Assembly (NCBI GenBank): GCA_041178085.1
Contig: JBEGVZ010000056.1
Location: forward strand, 1 to 64,000
DNA from: Pseudomonadota bacterium
GTDB lineage: Bacteria; Bdellovibrionota_B; Oligoflexia; Oligoflexales; RGVZ01
Direction: 5' to 3'
DNA: 64,000 bases
How positions within the stretch are numbered: the stretch's first letter is position 1; every line of letters starts with the position of its first letter. Of this stretch, positions 29,729 to 39,792 are shown piece by piece. Under the pieces are notes generated by a model. It was not told where the DNA came from, made no database searches, and saw nothing but the letters and a program-made list of their open reading frames with translations. Both the position numbers and the translations under genes were made by a program.

Positions 29729-30298
29729 ATGCGACCAGGCAGGAAGCCGGAAAGTTCCGTCGGGCTTGTGTTTGTGCTCAGCGCTTTGATTGGTGTTGGT
29801 GTGGTGGTGTACACCAAATCCCGAAGCTACCGGCGATACCAGCAGCAGCGTGAATTGCGCACTGAGACTCCTCCTGAGTCTTCCCATGAACCACGATCAG
29901 TGATTGTCAGTGGTGCGACGGAATTGCGGATTGTCGACAGTTCGGGGCGGTTGCGTATCCAGGCGGCGTTGAACCGTGACGGCGCCCCCGGAATCTGGAT
30001 TCATCCCTCAACGGAAGATGGGCGCGGGGGTACAGTCCAGCTGGGGCTTCACGAGGATGGCCTGCCGTTCATTTTGGTTGCCGGTGCAGGCATCCGGGAT
30101 TTCGCCTTGGGACGGGTCGACGGCAAGAACCAGACGCCGATCATGGTTTTCCGGCAGGACGACGAAGTGCGGATGTTGCTGGGGCTGGACATGACGGACC
30201 CAGGACGGAATCCTTTCTTTGTCCACTACGGCGAAGGGCACAAACAGGAGATATTCGGCAGTTACTGTAACGATCCCGGGCGGGTCTGCACACGTTAA
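29729..30298 (+). CDS. Membrane-anchored beta-hairpin-repeat hypothetical protein (paralog B)
   Basis: Shares IVD.xGR.RI, PGIW, PFFVHY, FG.Y with the upstream gene. Confidence 0.6.
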   Translation: MRPGRKPESSVGLVFVLSALIGVGVVVYTKSRSYRRYQQQRELRTETPPESSHEPRSVIVSGATELRIVDSSGRLRIQAALNRDGAPGIWIHPSTEDGRGGTVQLGLHEDGLPFILVAGAGIRDFALGRVDGKNQTPIMVFRQDDEVRMLLGLDMTDPGRNPFFVHYGEGHKQEIFGSYCNDPGRVCTR

Positions 30299-30317
30299 GG
30301 GCGGGGGCCTTTCTGTC

Positions 30318-31721
30318 ATGAACTCAAGATTTTTGAAAACCCTTATCGTTGTCCTGGCGTTTGGCGGTGCGGGCGGGTTCTATTTCTGGAAACGCCTCAA
30401 TCGCCGTCCACACTATGTGTTCATCAACGAGACGGCGAATCACAGGCATGATTTGGCCCTTAAAATGAGCCTTAAAATAGCAGAGAAACGCTCTGGTATT
30501 GAAAACGCACTGATCCTGTTGCGCCATTTGCCTGCAGGAAAGTCGATTGAAGAGACGGCAAACAGCTATTTTCAAAGTCTGCAGATTGGTCGCCGGACTC
30601 GGGGGCGGGGACTGCTGTTTCTATATGCTGAAAAGGAAAACCGCTTTCGCATTGAAGTCTCTTACGCGCTTGAGGGGGATTTTCCAGATGCGATGTGCCG
30701 CCGGCTTGAGGATGCCGCGCAGACTTACATGTTGTCCGAGATTCCGCAGGATTTTCTCTCTGAACTGCTTATCACCATGAACAACGGTCAGGATTTCGAC
30801 CCGGAATTGCTGGGATCCAAGCCGGCATGGCTTCCCGCAGAATTCCTGTCTGGTGGAGGCGGCGTTTCGTCACGCGTCGCCACGCGCGGATTGGATGATT
30901 ATATGCGCTGGATTCAAAAAATATCCGAGGCAGGACGCAGCGCGTTTGCCCCTGCGGCCGATCCGTCAGTCGTGATGGGGCGTTACCTTGATTCCTTGGA
31001 TGCGGGAATCGGCGATCCCGATTTGCCGCTTCTGACGGCCGGTAGCAAGGTTTTTCGCATGGTGGTCCCGCGCACGCCTGGGCAGCAGATGCGGGTGCAT
31101 CGTTACTTTTCCAGGGCACTGCCGTTTCAAATGATCACTGCCGGAGATTTTGCCACGGCAGTTTTCCGTCCAGGAGTGCCAAACTTGCCCGTGGTCCTGC
31201 GCAAGGGTAGTGACGGAATGTGGTACGTTGACGAACCCAAGATGTGGACATGGTTTCACCGCTTCGAAGATGGCGACGATTTTTTTGCCAAGTATTCTGA
31301 TCTGACTCTTCTGCCCCAGTTGCTTGCTGCCGGCGTGCCCAAGGCAAACAGACCTGTGTACAAGGGGCGCGTGACGACGCCTGTGCCTCCAGCCTATCCT
31401 TACGACCTGGAGGCTCTCCATCGTGATTTGGAGGCGGCCGTGGCACGAAATCCACAGGATCCATCCGGCCATGCGCGTCTGGGCGAGTTTTACCTTTTTG
31501 AGGTGAACTGGCTGACGCAGGCGATCGCATCTTTTGAGGCTGCAGCTCGCTTGGCGCCCTCTGATATTAAGCTACGCTGGCGTCTTTACGATCTGTACAT
31601 GAACCACTCTGAAATGGAAAAGGCGCTGGAACAATTGTCTTTACTTGCTTCTGCCCTTCCGCGGGACGCCGAAGTTCAGGAGTGGAAGCGGTTTTACACA
31701 AAAGCGTATATTCAAGAATGA
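30318..31721 (+). CDS. TPM-domain + C-terminal TPR membrane-anchored protein
   Basis: RGLLFLYAEKENRFRIEVSYALEG.FPDA, LSGGGG; TPR-like helices GHARLGEFY...AIASFEAAARLAP. Confidence 0.7.
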   Translation: MNSRFLKTLIVVLAFGGAGGFYFWKRLNRRPHYVFINETANHRHDLALKMSLKIAEKRSGIENALILLRHLPAGKSIEETANSYFQSLQIGRRTRGRGLLFLYAEKENRFRIEVSYALEGDFPDAMCRRLEDAAQTYMLSEIPQDFLSELLITMNNGQDFDPELLGSKPAWLPAEFLSGGGGVSSRVATRGLDDYMRWIQKISEAGRSAFAPAADPSVVMGRYLDSLDAGIGDPDLPLLTAGSKVFRMVVPRTPGQQMRVHRYFSRALPFQMITAGDFATAVFRPGVPNLPVVLRKGSDGMWYVDEPKMWTWFHRFEDGDDFFAKYSDLTLLPQLLAAGVPKANRPVYKGRVTTPVPPAYPYDLEALHRDLEAAVARNPQDPSGHARLGEFYLFEVNWLTQAIASFEAAARLAPSDIKLRWRLYDLYMNHSEMEKALEQLSLLASALPRDAEVQEWKRFYTKAYIQE

Positions 31722-31832
31722 TATGTCTGAAAAAAAGGCGGGAAAGTTCCCTGTGCTGCAAGGCCTCTGTCAATCATGCCAGCATTAAAGAATCAACTTT
31801 GATTCCATCTGCTGAATTTTCTATAACTAAGG

Positions 31833-32963
31833 TCACGGCTTCTGCCGGCAATTTTCGTAACCTTGACCGGGGACTGGAAAGGTTTCGGTAAGGAAAGGTG
31901 GGCGTCCGTTGCTGCCTGTTGAGCATAACGCACAGCATGTGTTGATCCATCCACCAGACGGAAATTTGTTGTACTTTTTATTACAGCAGTCAACGCAGCT
32001 GGATCCTGTACCTTCATCTAGGACGCATTTGTTGGGTGCGCCGCAGGCGGCGATATGTTCGCTGAAGCATTCGGTGCATGAGCGGGTGGAGTCCTTCAGG
32101 CATTCATACTTCGCCTTTTCGCAACCTGTCCAGAATGGGTTCCTGGGCGCTGGAGTGATGGGGCCTGGGTTTGTGCCGATGCCAGGAATATCAGTGCAAG
32201 TAAGCATGGGTCTGCCGGTTTTGGGATCAACCGTCATGAACCGGCACTTCTCGTTCATACATTGATCGAAATCGAAAACTTTGCTCCCTTCACAGCAGGG
32301 GTCGAGCGCTCCGGCGCCACCACTCGTCCTGCCGCAGTGGTCCTGCAGGGCGCAGTTTTTAGCCTCTTCTTTATCATAGGAGCAGCATTGAGTTATCTCT
32401 CCATTTCTCCCATTTCTAGGTTCACTTTGAGGTTCCCCTGGACACCATTTTCCATCGGGTTTTTTGTAGATAACGATTGCGTGTCCGTGGGCCGATTTGC
32501 TTTCGCAGTTTTTGCAGAGGACCGCTATACCGTGGGTGTCTTCGTGTTGAAGTCGGCGCATGCATTCCACAAACCAGCGTGAAAAGTCCCGGCAATTGAA
32601 AGCCAAATCCCCGCCGTTAGGGCCTGATAAAGTTTCGTCTTCCCAGGCAATTTTTCCGATTTCGTAACATTTGTTCAGGTCGTCTTCAAAGCTGTGACTA
32701 GTGAGAGATAATGACGAGTAGTTGGCGAGGATTTCTGTCAGACGACCGTTTATTGCGGGGCAAGCTGGGCAAACGGCTCCAGAATCGGACGATCCTGCGA
32801 TTGAGGAAATGTTTCCACTTCTGGCTTGAGTAACCGCTCCTCTAATCAGGTTTTTTGAATGAGTGGTCTTCTTTTGATCGGCCTGAGGATTCGAGCTATC
32901 AGGCGCAATGGAGCAGCTTAATATGCTTGCGATGCAGTAGATATACACCAGCATACGGACCAT
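31833..32963 (-). CDS. Cys-rich exported protein with papain/transglutaminase-like Cys-His-Glu motifs
   Basis: Lipobox-like ILSC; FNCRDFS, GHAIVIY, WCPGEPQ; about 30 Cys. Confidence 0.55.
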   Translation of the reverse strand: MVRMLVYIYCIASILSCSIAPDSSNPQADQKKTTHSKNLIRGAVTQARSGNISSIAGSSDSGAVCPACPAINGRLTEILANYSSLSLTSHSFEDDLNKCYEIGKIAWEDETLSGPNGGDLAFNCRDFSRWFVECMRRLQHEDTHGIAVLCKNCESKSAHGHAIVIYKKPDGKWCPGEPQSEPRNGRNGEITQCCSYDKEEAKNCALQDHCGRTSGGAGALDPCCEGSKVFDFDQCMNEKCRFMTVDPKTGRPMLTCTDIPGIGTNPGPITPAPRNPFWTGCEKAKYECLKDSTRSCTECFSEHIAACGAPNKCVLDEGTGSSCVDCCNKKYNKFPSGGWINTCCALCSTGSNGRPPFLTETFPVPGQGYENCRQKP

Positions 32964-33020
32964 GGAACTCGTTCCTTAACCTGACTGTTGCTCCTGCGTT
33001 GCGAAACCCGCCACGTTTCT

Positions 33021-33047
33021 TTGTCGGAAAATGAGAGAGATAATTGA
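33021..33047 (-). promoter_or_regulatory. Putative sigma28/FliA promoter
   Basis: Minus strand TCAA-N15-TCCGACAA about 60 bp upstream of the Cys-rich gene. Confidence 0.4.
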
Positions 33048-33317
33048 GGCCGGATTGTCCCCAGGGTGCGCCAGTTGTAATGATGTCAAGTTCCCAAGAT
33101 CCGATAAAGACCGCCAACTGTTCCTAAGCCGATGCGGAGGGGGGGGTATCATCCCAAAATTGCTAGTGATATTCGGGGTCTCGGAAGCAGGGCCAGGGAC
33201 CGCTGGGCAGTCCCGATGCGTCTATCAGGTTTTGAAGGGGACATGCCCTGATCGTAGACCGGCCGAGTCAAATGACATGAAATCAGCGAAGTAAGTCAGA
33301 TCTAGAGGCTTTCTATT

Positions 33318-35336
33318 TTAGAGGTTCGCGCAATAGAGAACGGTTGCATATGGTCTTGCGTGCCCTGCAGCAACTTTTGCAGTCAGTTTCACCAAACCTT
33401 CAAGTGGGGCAATTTCCTCGGTGCTGATGGTTTGGACAGGTTGTGGCCATGCGCGCATCTTTGTTAGCAAGCTCTTCTCGCCTGGGTGAAAGTTTCCATG
33501 AGAAGTTACCCGCATGTGTTTGTCATCGCGGTCAGCCGTGACGGGGCCAACGAAAGCCCACGGTCCGATCCATATTGACGAAGGATGGCTGACAGAGCCA
33601 TCTGCAGAGACGGTTATGTGAATCCAATTCGGGTAGAGTTTGTGAAGGTTGGTGAAATCAACAGTCTTCTCATAAAATCCAATCTTTCCAGGGACTGCTG
33701 GTAGATTGATTTTTGCCTCCGCTTGAACGCAAGTCTGCAGTGCTACGGATTCGACTTGAACGCGCGCGATAGCTGTCAATCCGCTGAAAGTTGCTTTTAC
33801 GTTGGTTGCTCCCGCGCTGATTCCGCGAACTTCACCTGGTACCTGAGTAATTTGAGCCAACTTGCTATCGGCGATCGACCATTCCGCAAGAGATGTGACG
33901 TTGCGAGTGCTGGTGTCCGAGTATGTTGCGGTAGCCGTGAACGTGGTCAAGTCCCCAACCTTTATTACCCTGCTTGGAGGTGTTATTTCCAACGCTGAAA
34001 GGCAAGGGCCGGGGTTGCAGGCTTGTGTGGTGGAGCCTGAGCATGCCTTGCCGCCAAAGGAAGGCGCGGGACTGGTGCATGATCGTGTTTGTGTCCCTGG
34101 TCCGCAAGTGGCGCTGCAGGGACTCCAAGCCGACCATCCACCATCGACAGGACACTCCTGAGAATTGCACGACGACGACTCTGGTCCAGTACAGTTGCTC
34201 CCGCCAAAAGCTGGAGTTGGATTCGTGCAGGTTCTTGTTGTCGTACCGCCACCACAGGTCGCGCTGCATGGGCTCCACGCCGACCAGTCGCCATTCACCG
34301 GACAATTTTGTGTATTGCAATCTCTGCTGAACGATCCAGAGCAAGCCGCTCCGCCAAAGGCTGGAGCTGGATTGGTACAAGTGCGCGTCTGGGTGCCGCC
34401 ACCGCAGGTTGCACTACAAACACTCCAGTCCGACCAACCGCCAGCGATTGGGGTCGGATCTGTCATGGCGACAGAAAGATTTGCTGCTCCGCTCGAGCCA
34501 TTGAATGTCGCCGTTATCTGGGTTTGACCCGCGGCGATAGCGGTAAAATTTGCAGCGTTCGCATGCGTGGCAATCGCAGGATTAGCAGTGATCCAGGCTG
34601 CGTCTGCCGTGACATCTTTCGTCGTCGAATTACTGAAGTGGGCGATGGCCCGGAATGTTGCCGTTTCGCCAACCAAGCGACGATCTTCTACGGGCAATAC
34701 TTCCAGGCGCAACAGGCAGGGACCCAGGTTGCAGGATTGCTCAGACGGCCCGGCACAAGCGGCGCCACCAAGGCCTGGAGCAGGGTTGGTGCACTGGCGG
34801 GATTGAGTCCCCGGTCCACAGACGGCGCTGCAAGCACTCCAATCCGTCCATCCGCCGTTCACGGTCTGACATGAGTCCGTGTTGCAGGATTCAGAAGCCA
34901 CCCCCTGACAGTTTTTTCCTCCGGAGGATGGCGCCGGATTGGTGCATGTCCTTGCGCGTATGCCACCTCCACATGCTGCACTGCAGGCACTCCATTCAGA
35001 CCATCCGCCATCCACGGAGCAAAGCGCAGTGTTACAAGGCTCTTCTGCTTCACCCTCACAGTCACGACCGCCGTTCATTGGCGCAGGCACGCTGCAACTT
35101 CGATACCGAATCCCACCTCCGCACGATACGCTGCAACTGCTCCAGTCCGACCAGCCTCCGTCCACCGCAGAAAGGGTTATATTGGAAATGCTATTGGTGG
35201 TGGTTGTGATTGCATTTGAGCTATTGATTACGGCCTGGGTGCTCGTGGTGCCAGAAAGTTCGACCTCTCTGGCACATCCTGAGGCAATGCCTGCGACGCC
35301 AAGGCCGGCCAATAAATTTCTGACCCATTTCAACAC
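33318..35336 (-). CDS. Thrombospondin type-1 repeat (6x) + bacterial Ig-like (2x) lipoprotein adhesin
   Basis: Lipobox ASGC; six GGW(S/T)xW(S)xCSxxCGxG..R.C..P.P..GG..C repeats arranged 3+Big+3+Big; unique C-terminal domain. Confidence 0.9.
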   Translation of the reverse strand: MLKWVRNLLAGLGVAGIASGCAREVELSGTTSTQAVINSSNAITTTTNSISNITLSAVDGGWSDWSSCSVSCGGGIRYRSCSVPAPMNGGRDCEGEAEEPCNTALCSVDGGWSEWSACSAACGGGIRARTCTNPAPSSGGKNCQGVASESCNTDSCQTVNGGWTDWSACSAVCGPGTQSRQCTNPAPGLGGAACAGPSEQSCNLGPCLLRLEVLPVEDRRLVGETATFRAIAHFSNSTTKDVTADAAWITANPAIATHANAANFTAIAAGQTQITATFNGSSGAANLSVAMTDPTPIAGGWSDWSVCSATCGGGTQTRTCTNPAPAFGGAACSGSFSRDCNTQNCPVNGDWSAWSPCSATCGGGTTTRTCTNPTPAFGGSNCTGPESSSCNSQECPVDGGWSAWSPCSATCGPGTQTRSCTSPAPSFGGKACSGSTTQACNPGPCLSALEITPPSRVIKVGDLTTFTATATYSDTSTRNVTSLAEWSIADSKLAQITQVPGEVRGISAGATNVKATFSGLTAIARVQVESVALQTCVQAEAKINLPAVPGKIGFYEKTVDFTNLHKLYPNWIHITVSADGSVSHPSSIWIGPWAFVGPVTADRDDKHMRVTSHGNFHPGEKSLLTKMRAWPQPVQTISTEEIAPLEGLVKLTAKVAAGHARPYATVLYCANL

Positions 35337-35359
35337 TTGTCATAACCTCTCAAATTGTC

Positions 35360-35387
35360 TTATCGGTAAGTGTTTTCGCTGCCTTTA
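35360..35387 (-). promoter_or_regulatory. Putative sigma28/FliA promoter for the TSP1 gene
   Basis: Minus strand TAAA-N16-ACCGATAA, 24 bp upstream of the GTG. Confidence 0.5.
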
Positions 35388-35560
35388 GGCACGTTTTATG
35401 GCGCCTGTTCGGCCCATTGTGGAAGGACCCGAAAAGCCCAGATAAACCAGGGGTATCTCAAGAGGGTCTCTTGACGTCTCGCGGTTACGATCAATCTAGC
35501 GGATTTTTGGAGGGGGACAGGCCCTGACGGGTGCAACGAATGGGGCAATTGATGTCTTGG

Positions 35561-35589
35561 AAAAAACTGAGGGGCCGGAGGCCCCTCAG
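35561..35589 (-). terminator. Rho-independent terminator of the pilin gene
   Basis: Minus strand CTGAGGGGCC-TCC-GGCCCCTCAG-TTTTTT. Confidence 0.8.
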
Positions 35590-35667
35590 CGAAAAACAAG
35601 TCTGACAAGATCGATGATCAAGAGCTAACCGGAGGAGACAAATGGTTGTCTGACCATCCGTGCGATA

Positions 35668-36246
35668 TTAGTTCGCGCAGCTTTGCAAAGCAGTGGTGCC
35701 GCTTGGAGCATGATTGTACAACGACTTATCCTGGTTGATCTCCCAACGATCTGCAACGGTAGAACATCCAGGGAAGACCCTGCGAGTTGCACTGGAGGCG
35801 GCCGACAGTTCGGTGGCAGTCGCAGTGAACTGGTTCTGGTTGCCCGCGTTGAAATACAGGTACCTGACTTTCTTGCAGTCAGTCACGCGAAAGCCAATGT
35901 CGTTCGTCGTGTTGCAGGTATTCACGCCGGCCCAGGCGCCCGCATTGGTTGTCCCGCAGCCTTTAGCGCTGGTTCCGTTTGTATCAGAGGATGCAGTTCC
36001 CTGCGTCAAACAGTCAAAGTTCGAGAACGTGTCGTTATCCCCGTTATAAGATACCTGCAGCGTGTAAATGTGCGCCAGATTGGACCGAGCTTCCGCTTGC
36101 CTCGACTTGGACTGGAACTGCTGGAACCGCGGAATTGCCAGCGCGGCCAGGATACCGATGATTGCCACGACAATCATCAGCTCGACCAGGCTGAATCCGT
36201 CCCGGCGGTTTAGCCGCGACTTGATGGATGCAAAAAAAGTTTTCAT
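35668..36246 (-). CDS. pilA: Type IVa pilin (PilA-like major pilin)
   Basis: Prepilin cleavage G|FSLVELMIVVAIIGILAALAIP, KSRQAEARSNL; strong AGGAG RBS; own terminator. Confidence 0.85.
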   Translation of the reverse strand: MKTFFASIKSRLNRRDGFSLVELMIVVAIIGILAALAIPRFQQFQSKSRQAEARSNLAHIYTLQVSYNGDNDTFSNFDCLTQGTASSDTNGTSAKGCGTTNAGAWAGVNTCNTTNDIGFRVTDCKKVRYLYFNAGNQNQFTATATELSAASSATRRVFPGCSTVADRWEINQDKSLYNHAPSGTTALQSCAN

Positions 36247-36370
36247 GTTTCTCCTCCTGCTCATAAAGGCAGTAACGGGACCCCTCTTAAATACTTTAGG
36301 ACTATTTGAAAAAAAAACATAGAGGTCCGAAAATATTGGTTTTTTCACAAAAAAATCACTGGTGGGATAG

Positions 36371-36386
36371 GCTAAAAATCAGCCAA
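36371..36386 (-). promoter_or_regulatory. Possible sigma54 promoter for the pilin
   Basis: Minus strand TTGGCTGATTTTTAGC = GG-N10-GC; imperfect -12 box. Confidence 0.3.
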
Positions 36387-36529
36387 ATGGCCCCGCTGGT
36401 CCCGCCGAATGGCAGACAGCAAATGGCTTTGATCGAAACGAGGTAAGTTTAGAGTAGGCGTTTTACAAATCAGCGAAAAATCTAAGAAATCGATCTGAAA
36501 CTTGTGGTGTAACTTAAGTGCTGAGTCCG

Positions 36530-37105
36530 TTATTTGAGAGGGTTTGTATTCCAGTTGAGTATAGCCCTCAGGTCCCCTGGCGCAACCCAGCGCCAGCGCG
36601 ACTCCAGGATCGCCCGACGGGGACTGTCTTTGCCCTGGGAGAATGCGGCCAGAAAATGTCGCTGAGCCGCGGGCTCCCAGAGGGAAATCATGGGTTCTAT
36701 GTTCTTTCCGCCGTCACCGCTGAAAGTGATCACATCAAAGTCAGGGGATCGCGCAGCAAGCAAAAGCTTTAAGTCCTCTGTGCTGGCATTTGGATAGTCG
36801 CAACCAAGAACCATCCACGTTGCCGCCGTAAATTTGGTAAACGCCGCATGCAGTCCACTTGCGGGACCATGGCCAGGAATAGCGTCAATGATCGCGCGAT
36901 TCCCTATTTGCCAGTTGATCATCTGCTCCGTCGTGCAGGACCAGTAAACTTCATTGCACAGAGGGCGAAGTATCTCCGCAGCGGCGCGCCACTGAGGTTC
37001 AGCGTGATAAGTGATGCTGGCTTTGTCGGAGCCCATGCGCGTGCTGGCACCACCCGTCATGACCAGTCCAAAAACCGGGAGGTTATCGACGCTCGCGGGT
37101 GTCAT
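36530..37105 (-). CDS. mobA: Molybdenum cofactor guanylyltransferase
   Basis: GLVMTGGASTRMGSDKA, GPASGL, LGCDYP, IEP; TGATG coupling. Confidence 0.85.
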   Translation of the reverse strand: MTPASVDNLPVFGLVMTGGASTRMGSDKASITYHAEPQWRAAAEILRPLCNEVYWSCTTEQMINWQIGNRAIIDAIPGHGPASGLHAAFTKFTAATWMVLGCDYPNASTEDLKLLLAARSPDFDVITFSGDGGKNIEPMISLWEPAAQRHFLAAFSQGKDSPRRAILESRWRWVAPGDLRAILNWNTNPLK

Positions 37106-39390
37106 CAAGCTTGCACCTTTGAAAACGACACCACGATACTTTTGGAAACCGGAGTCTGGCTGCCCTCGGCAAAGTTGTCGATTGGAACCAGGACGTTCGT
37201 CTCGGGGAAGTAGGATGCGACGCATCCTTTTGGAATGTCGTAGGGCACGATGCGGAAGTTTCGAGCATGACGCGCCTTGCCGCGCCAATGGCTGGTGATG
37301 TCGACAATTTCACCGTCCCTGAAGCCTTGATCTTCCATGTCTGATTGATTCATCAAGACGACGCGGCGCCCTTGATGAATTCCACGGTAGCGGTCATTCA
37401 TGCCGTAGATCGTGGTGTTGTATTGGTCGTGGGTCCTGATGGTGGCCATGACGAACTGGCCTGCTGTGACTTCCAGTTTTGGAATCGCGTGCACCGTGAA
37501 ACGGGCTTTGCCGGTTGGTGTCTTGAACTCACGTTTGTCGCGCACTGCGTGTGGCAACACAAAACCACCAGGATTACGAACGCGGGTGTTGAAATCCTCA
37601 AACCCGGGGATCACGTTCTGGATGCGGTCGCGTATCCGGTCGTAGTTGGCGATGTAGCCGCTCCAGTCAAGGCCAAGCGCGGCTTTGGCAAGACCTGCGA
37701 CAATCGCCGGTTCGCTCAACAATTCGGGTGAAGCTGGCGACAAGTTCCCTTCCGACGGATGAACCACACCCATCGAGTTTTCGACCGTGACAAACTGCGG
37801 ACCGCTGTCCTGAAAGTCCCGCTCCGTGCGACCCAGACAAGGCAGGATAAGCGCTTCTTCACCCGTGATCAGGTGAGATCGATTCAGTTTTGTGGAGACC
37901 TGTACGGTCAGTTTGCAGCGCTTGAGTCCCGACGCGGTATATGCTGTGTCAGGCGTCGCCGATAAGAAGTTGCCACCCATGGCGAAAAAAAACTTTACCT
38001 TTGCGGCGTTCATTGCCTCGATGGTTTCGACTGTGTCATAGCCGTGTTCGTAAGGTGGCGTGAACTTGAACTCAGCGGCCAGGCGGTCCAGGAATTCGCG
38101 CGTCGGGCGCTCCCAGATGCCCATGGTCCGGTCGCCCTGAACGTTGCTGTGTCCGCGGACCGGACAGGCTCCCGTACCAGGACGGCCAAAATGCCCACCC
38201 AAAAGCAGCAGGTTTACGATCTCTTGTATGTTGGCGACTGCGTTGCGATGCTGGGTTAAGCCCATTGCCCAGCAGCAGATCATGGCCTTCGAACTGGCGA
38301 TGACCCCGGCGATCTCGCGAATCAGTGACTGGCTGATCCCTGAGCTGGACTCAATGTCAGTCCACGATTCCCGCTCGATATCGCAACGCCATGCATCGAA
38401 ACCCTCGGTGTAAGCCTCAATGAACTGCCAGTCGAGGGCGTCGGGATGCGACTCAAGGATCGCCTTCTGGATGCCCTTGAGCAAGGCGACGTCGCCATTG
38501 ATCTTGACTGGGACGTGGTTTGTCGCAATCCGGGTGCCCCGCCCGATAATGCCGGAAACTTCCTGCGGATGCTTGAAGCGCTTGATCCCGGTTTCTTCAA
38601 GGGGGTTGATGCTGATGATGCGGCAACCGCGCCGTGCAGCTTCCTGCAGGGTTGTCAGCATGCGCGGATGGTTTGTTCCAGGGTTCTGGCCGATCACGAT
38701 GATGCAATCGGCGTAATCAAAGTCCTTGAGCGAAACGGATCCCTTGCCCGATCCCACCGTCTGGGTCAGGGCGTAACCGCTCGACTCGTGGCACAGGTCA
38801 GAGCAATCGGGCATGTTGTTTGTTCCGAGCATCCTGACGAACAACTGATACAGGAAAGCCGCCTCGTTGCTGGTGCGTCCCGAAGTATAAAAGACGGCCT
38901 CATTTGGGCTTGAAAGCCCCTTCAGCGCGCCACCGATTTTCGCAAATGCGTCTTCCCACGAAATCGGCTGATAGTGGGTTCCGCCCAGCGGCAGATACAT
39001 CGGATGGGTGATCCGCCCCTGCTGGCTGAGCCAGTAATCGCTTTGTCCTGCCAGATCCGCCACGCTGTGCTGCGCAAAGAATTCCGGCGTCACGCGCCTT
39101 GAAGTCGCTTCTTCCGCGACAGCTTTGGCGCCATTTTCGCAAAACTCAGCGAGCGACCTTCGGTCATCGGGATCCGGCCACGCGCAGCCAGGACAATCGA
39201 AGCCCTTCATCTGGTTGACGTCGAGCAAGGTCGACGTGGTGCGCGCAACGCCCATTTGGCCAATAGAAACCTTGAGTGCCGACACCACCGCAGTGACTCC
39301 GCCCGCCGTGCCGGCAGGCTTGCCCACTTCAATGCCGGACTCAATCTCGTCGGGACTCAAGTAGTCTGGTTTGTCGTCACGCGTTGCCAT
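37105..39390 (-). CDS. FdhF/YdeP-family molybdopterin oxidoreductase
   Basis: GFDCPGCAWPD, EFCENGAKA, PDCSDLCHESSG, RGHSNVQGDRTMG, RTHDQYNTTIYG. Confidence 0.95.
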   Translation of the reverse strand: MATRDDKPDYLSPDEIESGIEVGKPAGTAGGVTAVVSALKVSIGQMGVARTTSTLLDVNQMKGFDCPGCAWPDPDDRRSLAEFCENGAKAVAEEATSRRVTPEFFAQHSVADLAGQSDYWLSQQGRITHPMYLPLGGTHYQPISWEDAFAKIGGALKGLSSPNEAVFYTSGRTSNEAAFLYQLFVRMLGTNNMPDCSDLCHESSGYALTQTVGSGKGSVSLKDFDYADCIIVIGQNPGTNHPRMLTTLQEAARRGCRIISINPLEETGIKRFKHPQEVSGIIGRGTRIATNHVPVKINGDVALLKGIQKAILESHPDALDWQFIEAYTEGFDAWRCDIERESWTDIESSSGISQSLIREIAGVIASSKAMICCWAMGLTQHRNAVANIQEIVNLLLLGGHFGRPGTGACPVRGHSNVQGDRTMGIWERPTREFLDRLAAEFKFTPPYEHGYDTVETIEAMNAAKVKFFFAMGGNFLSATPDTAYTASGLKRCKLTVQVSTKLNRSHLITGEEALILPCLGRTERDFQDSGPQFVTVENSMGVVHPSEGNLSPASPELLSEPAIVAGLAKAALGLDWSGYIANYDRIRDRIQNVIPGFEDFNTRVRNPGGFVLPHAVRDKREFKTPTGKARFTVHAIPKLEVTAGQFVMATIRTHDQYNTTIYGMNDRYRGIHQGRRVVLMNQSDMEDQGFRDGEIVDITSHWRGKARHARNFRIVPYDIPKGCVASYFPETNVLVPIDNFAEGSQTPVSKSIVVSFSKVQA

Positions 39391-39396
39391 GGTCTT

Positions 39397-39792
39397 CTAT
39401 TTGCCGCCGCAGGTTGGATTTGGGTTCGGGTAGGCGTCAGACTCATCCTCCCACAGGGGGGACGTCCTGGGCTTGATGCAGACAAAGTCCTTTTCGACCA
39501 GGATTTTCAAAACATCTGCGCTGTTGGCAGATAAAGGCTGCTCGCCATAAAGAGACACCTCGTCCGACGTTACCCAGTGACGCGCAACTTCCGCCGGAAG
39601 CAGAACCCGCATGGCGTGACCATCCAGCTCTGCGCATATCAAGGGCAATTCGTTCCGCACGGCCAGTTCATAGGAAAATGTCACTGGACCAAAACAGGTC
39701 TCTTCCCTGATCACGCCAGCATCGAGGAGGCGTTTCACTTCCTTTTGCTGCAAACGAAGGCGCAGTGTGTTTCCCTTGATTCGCAGTTTCAT
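39397..39792 (-). CDS. Conserved hypothetical protein
   Basis: MKLRIKGNTLRLRL...LVEKDFVC...DAYPNP; coupled to fdhD. Confidence 0.75.
   Translation of the reverse strand: MKLRIKGNTLRLRLQQKEVKRLLDAGVIREETCFGPVTFSYELAVRNELPLICAELDGHAMRVLLPAEVARHWVTSDEVSLYGEQPLSANSADVLKILVEKDFVCIKPRTSPLWEDESDAYPNPNPTCGGK

Noticed and set aside
33900..35170. Recurring nucleotide motifs such as CTCCAGTCCGACCA that could look like a CRISPR or tandem array
   Set aside because: They are the coding TSP1 repeats; degenerate at third codon positions, with no constant repeat-spacer structure
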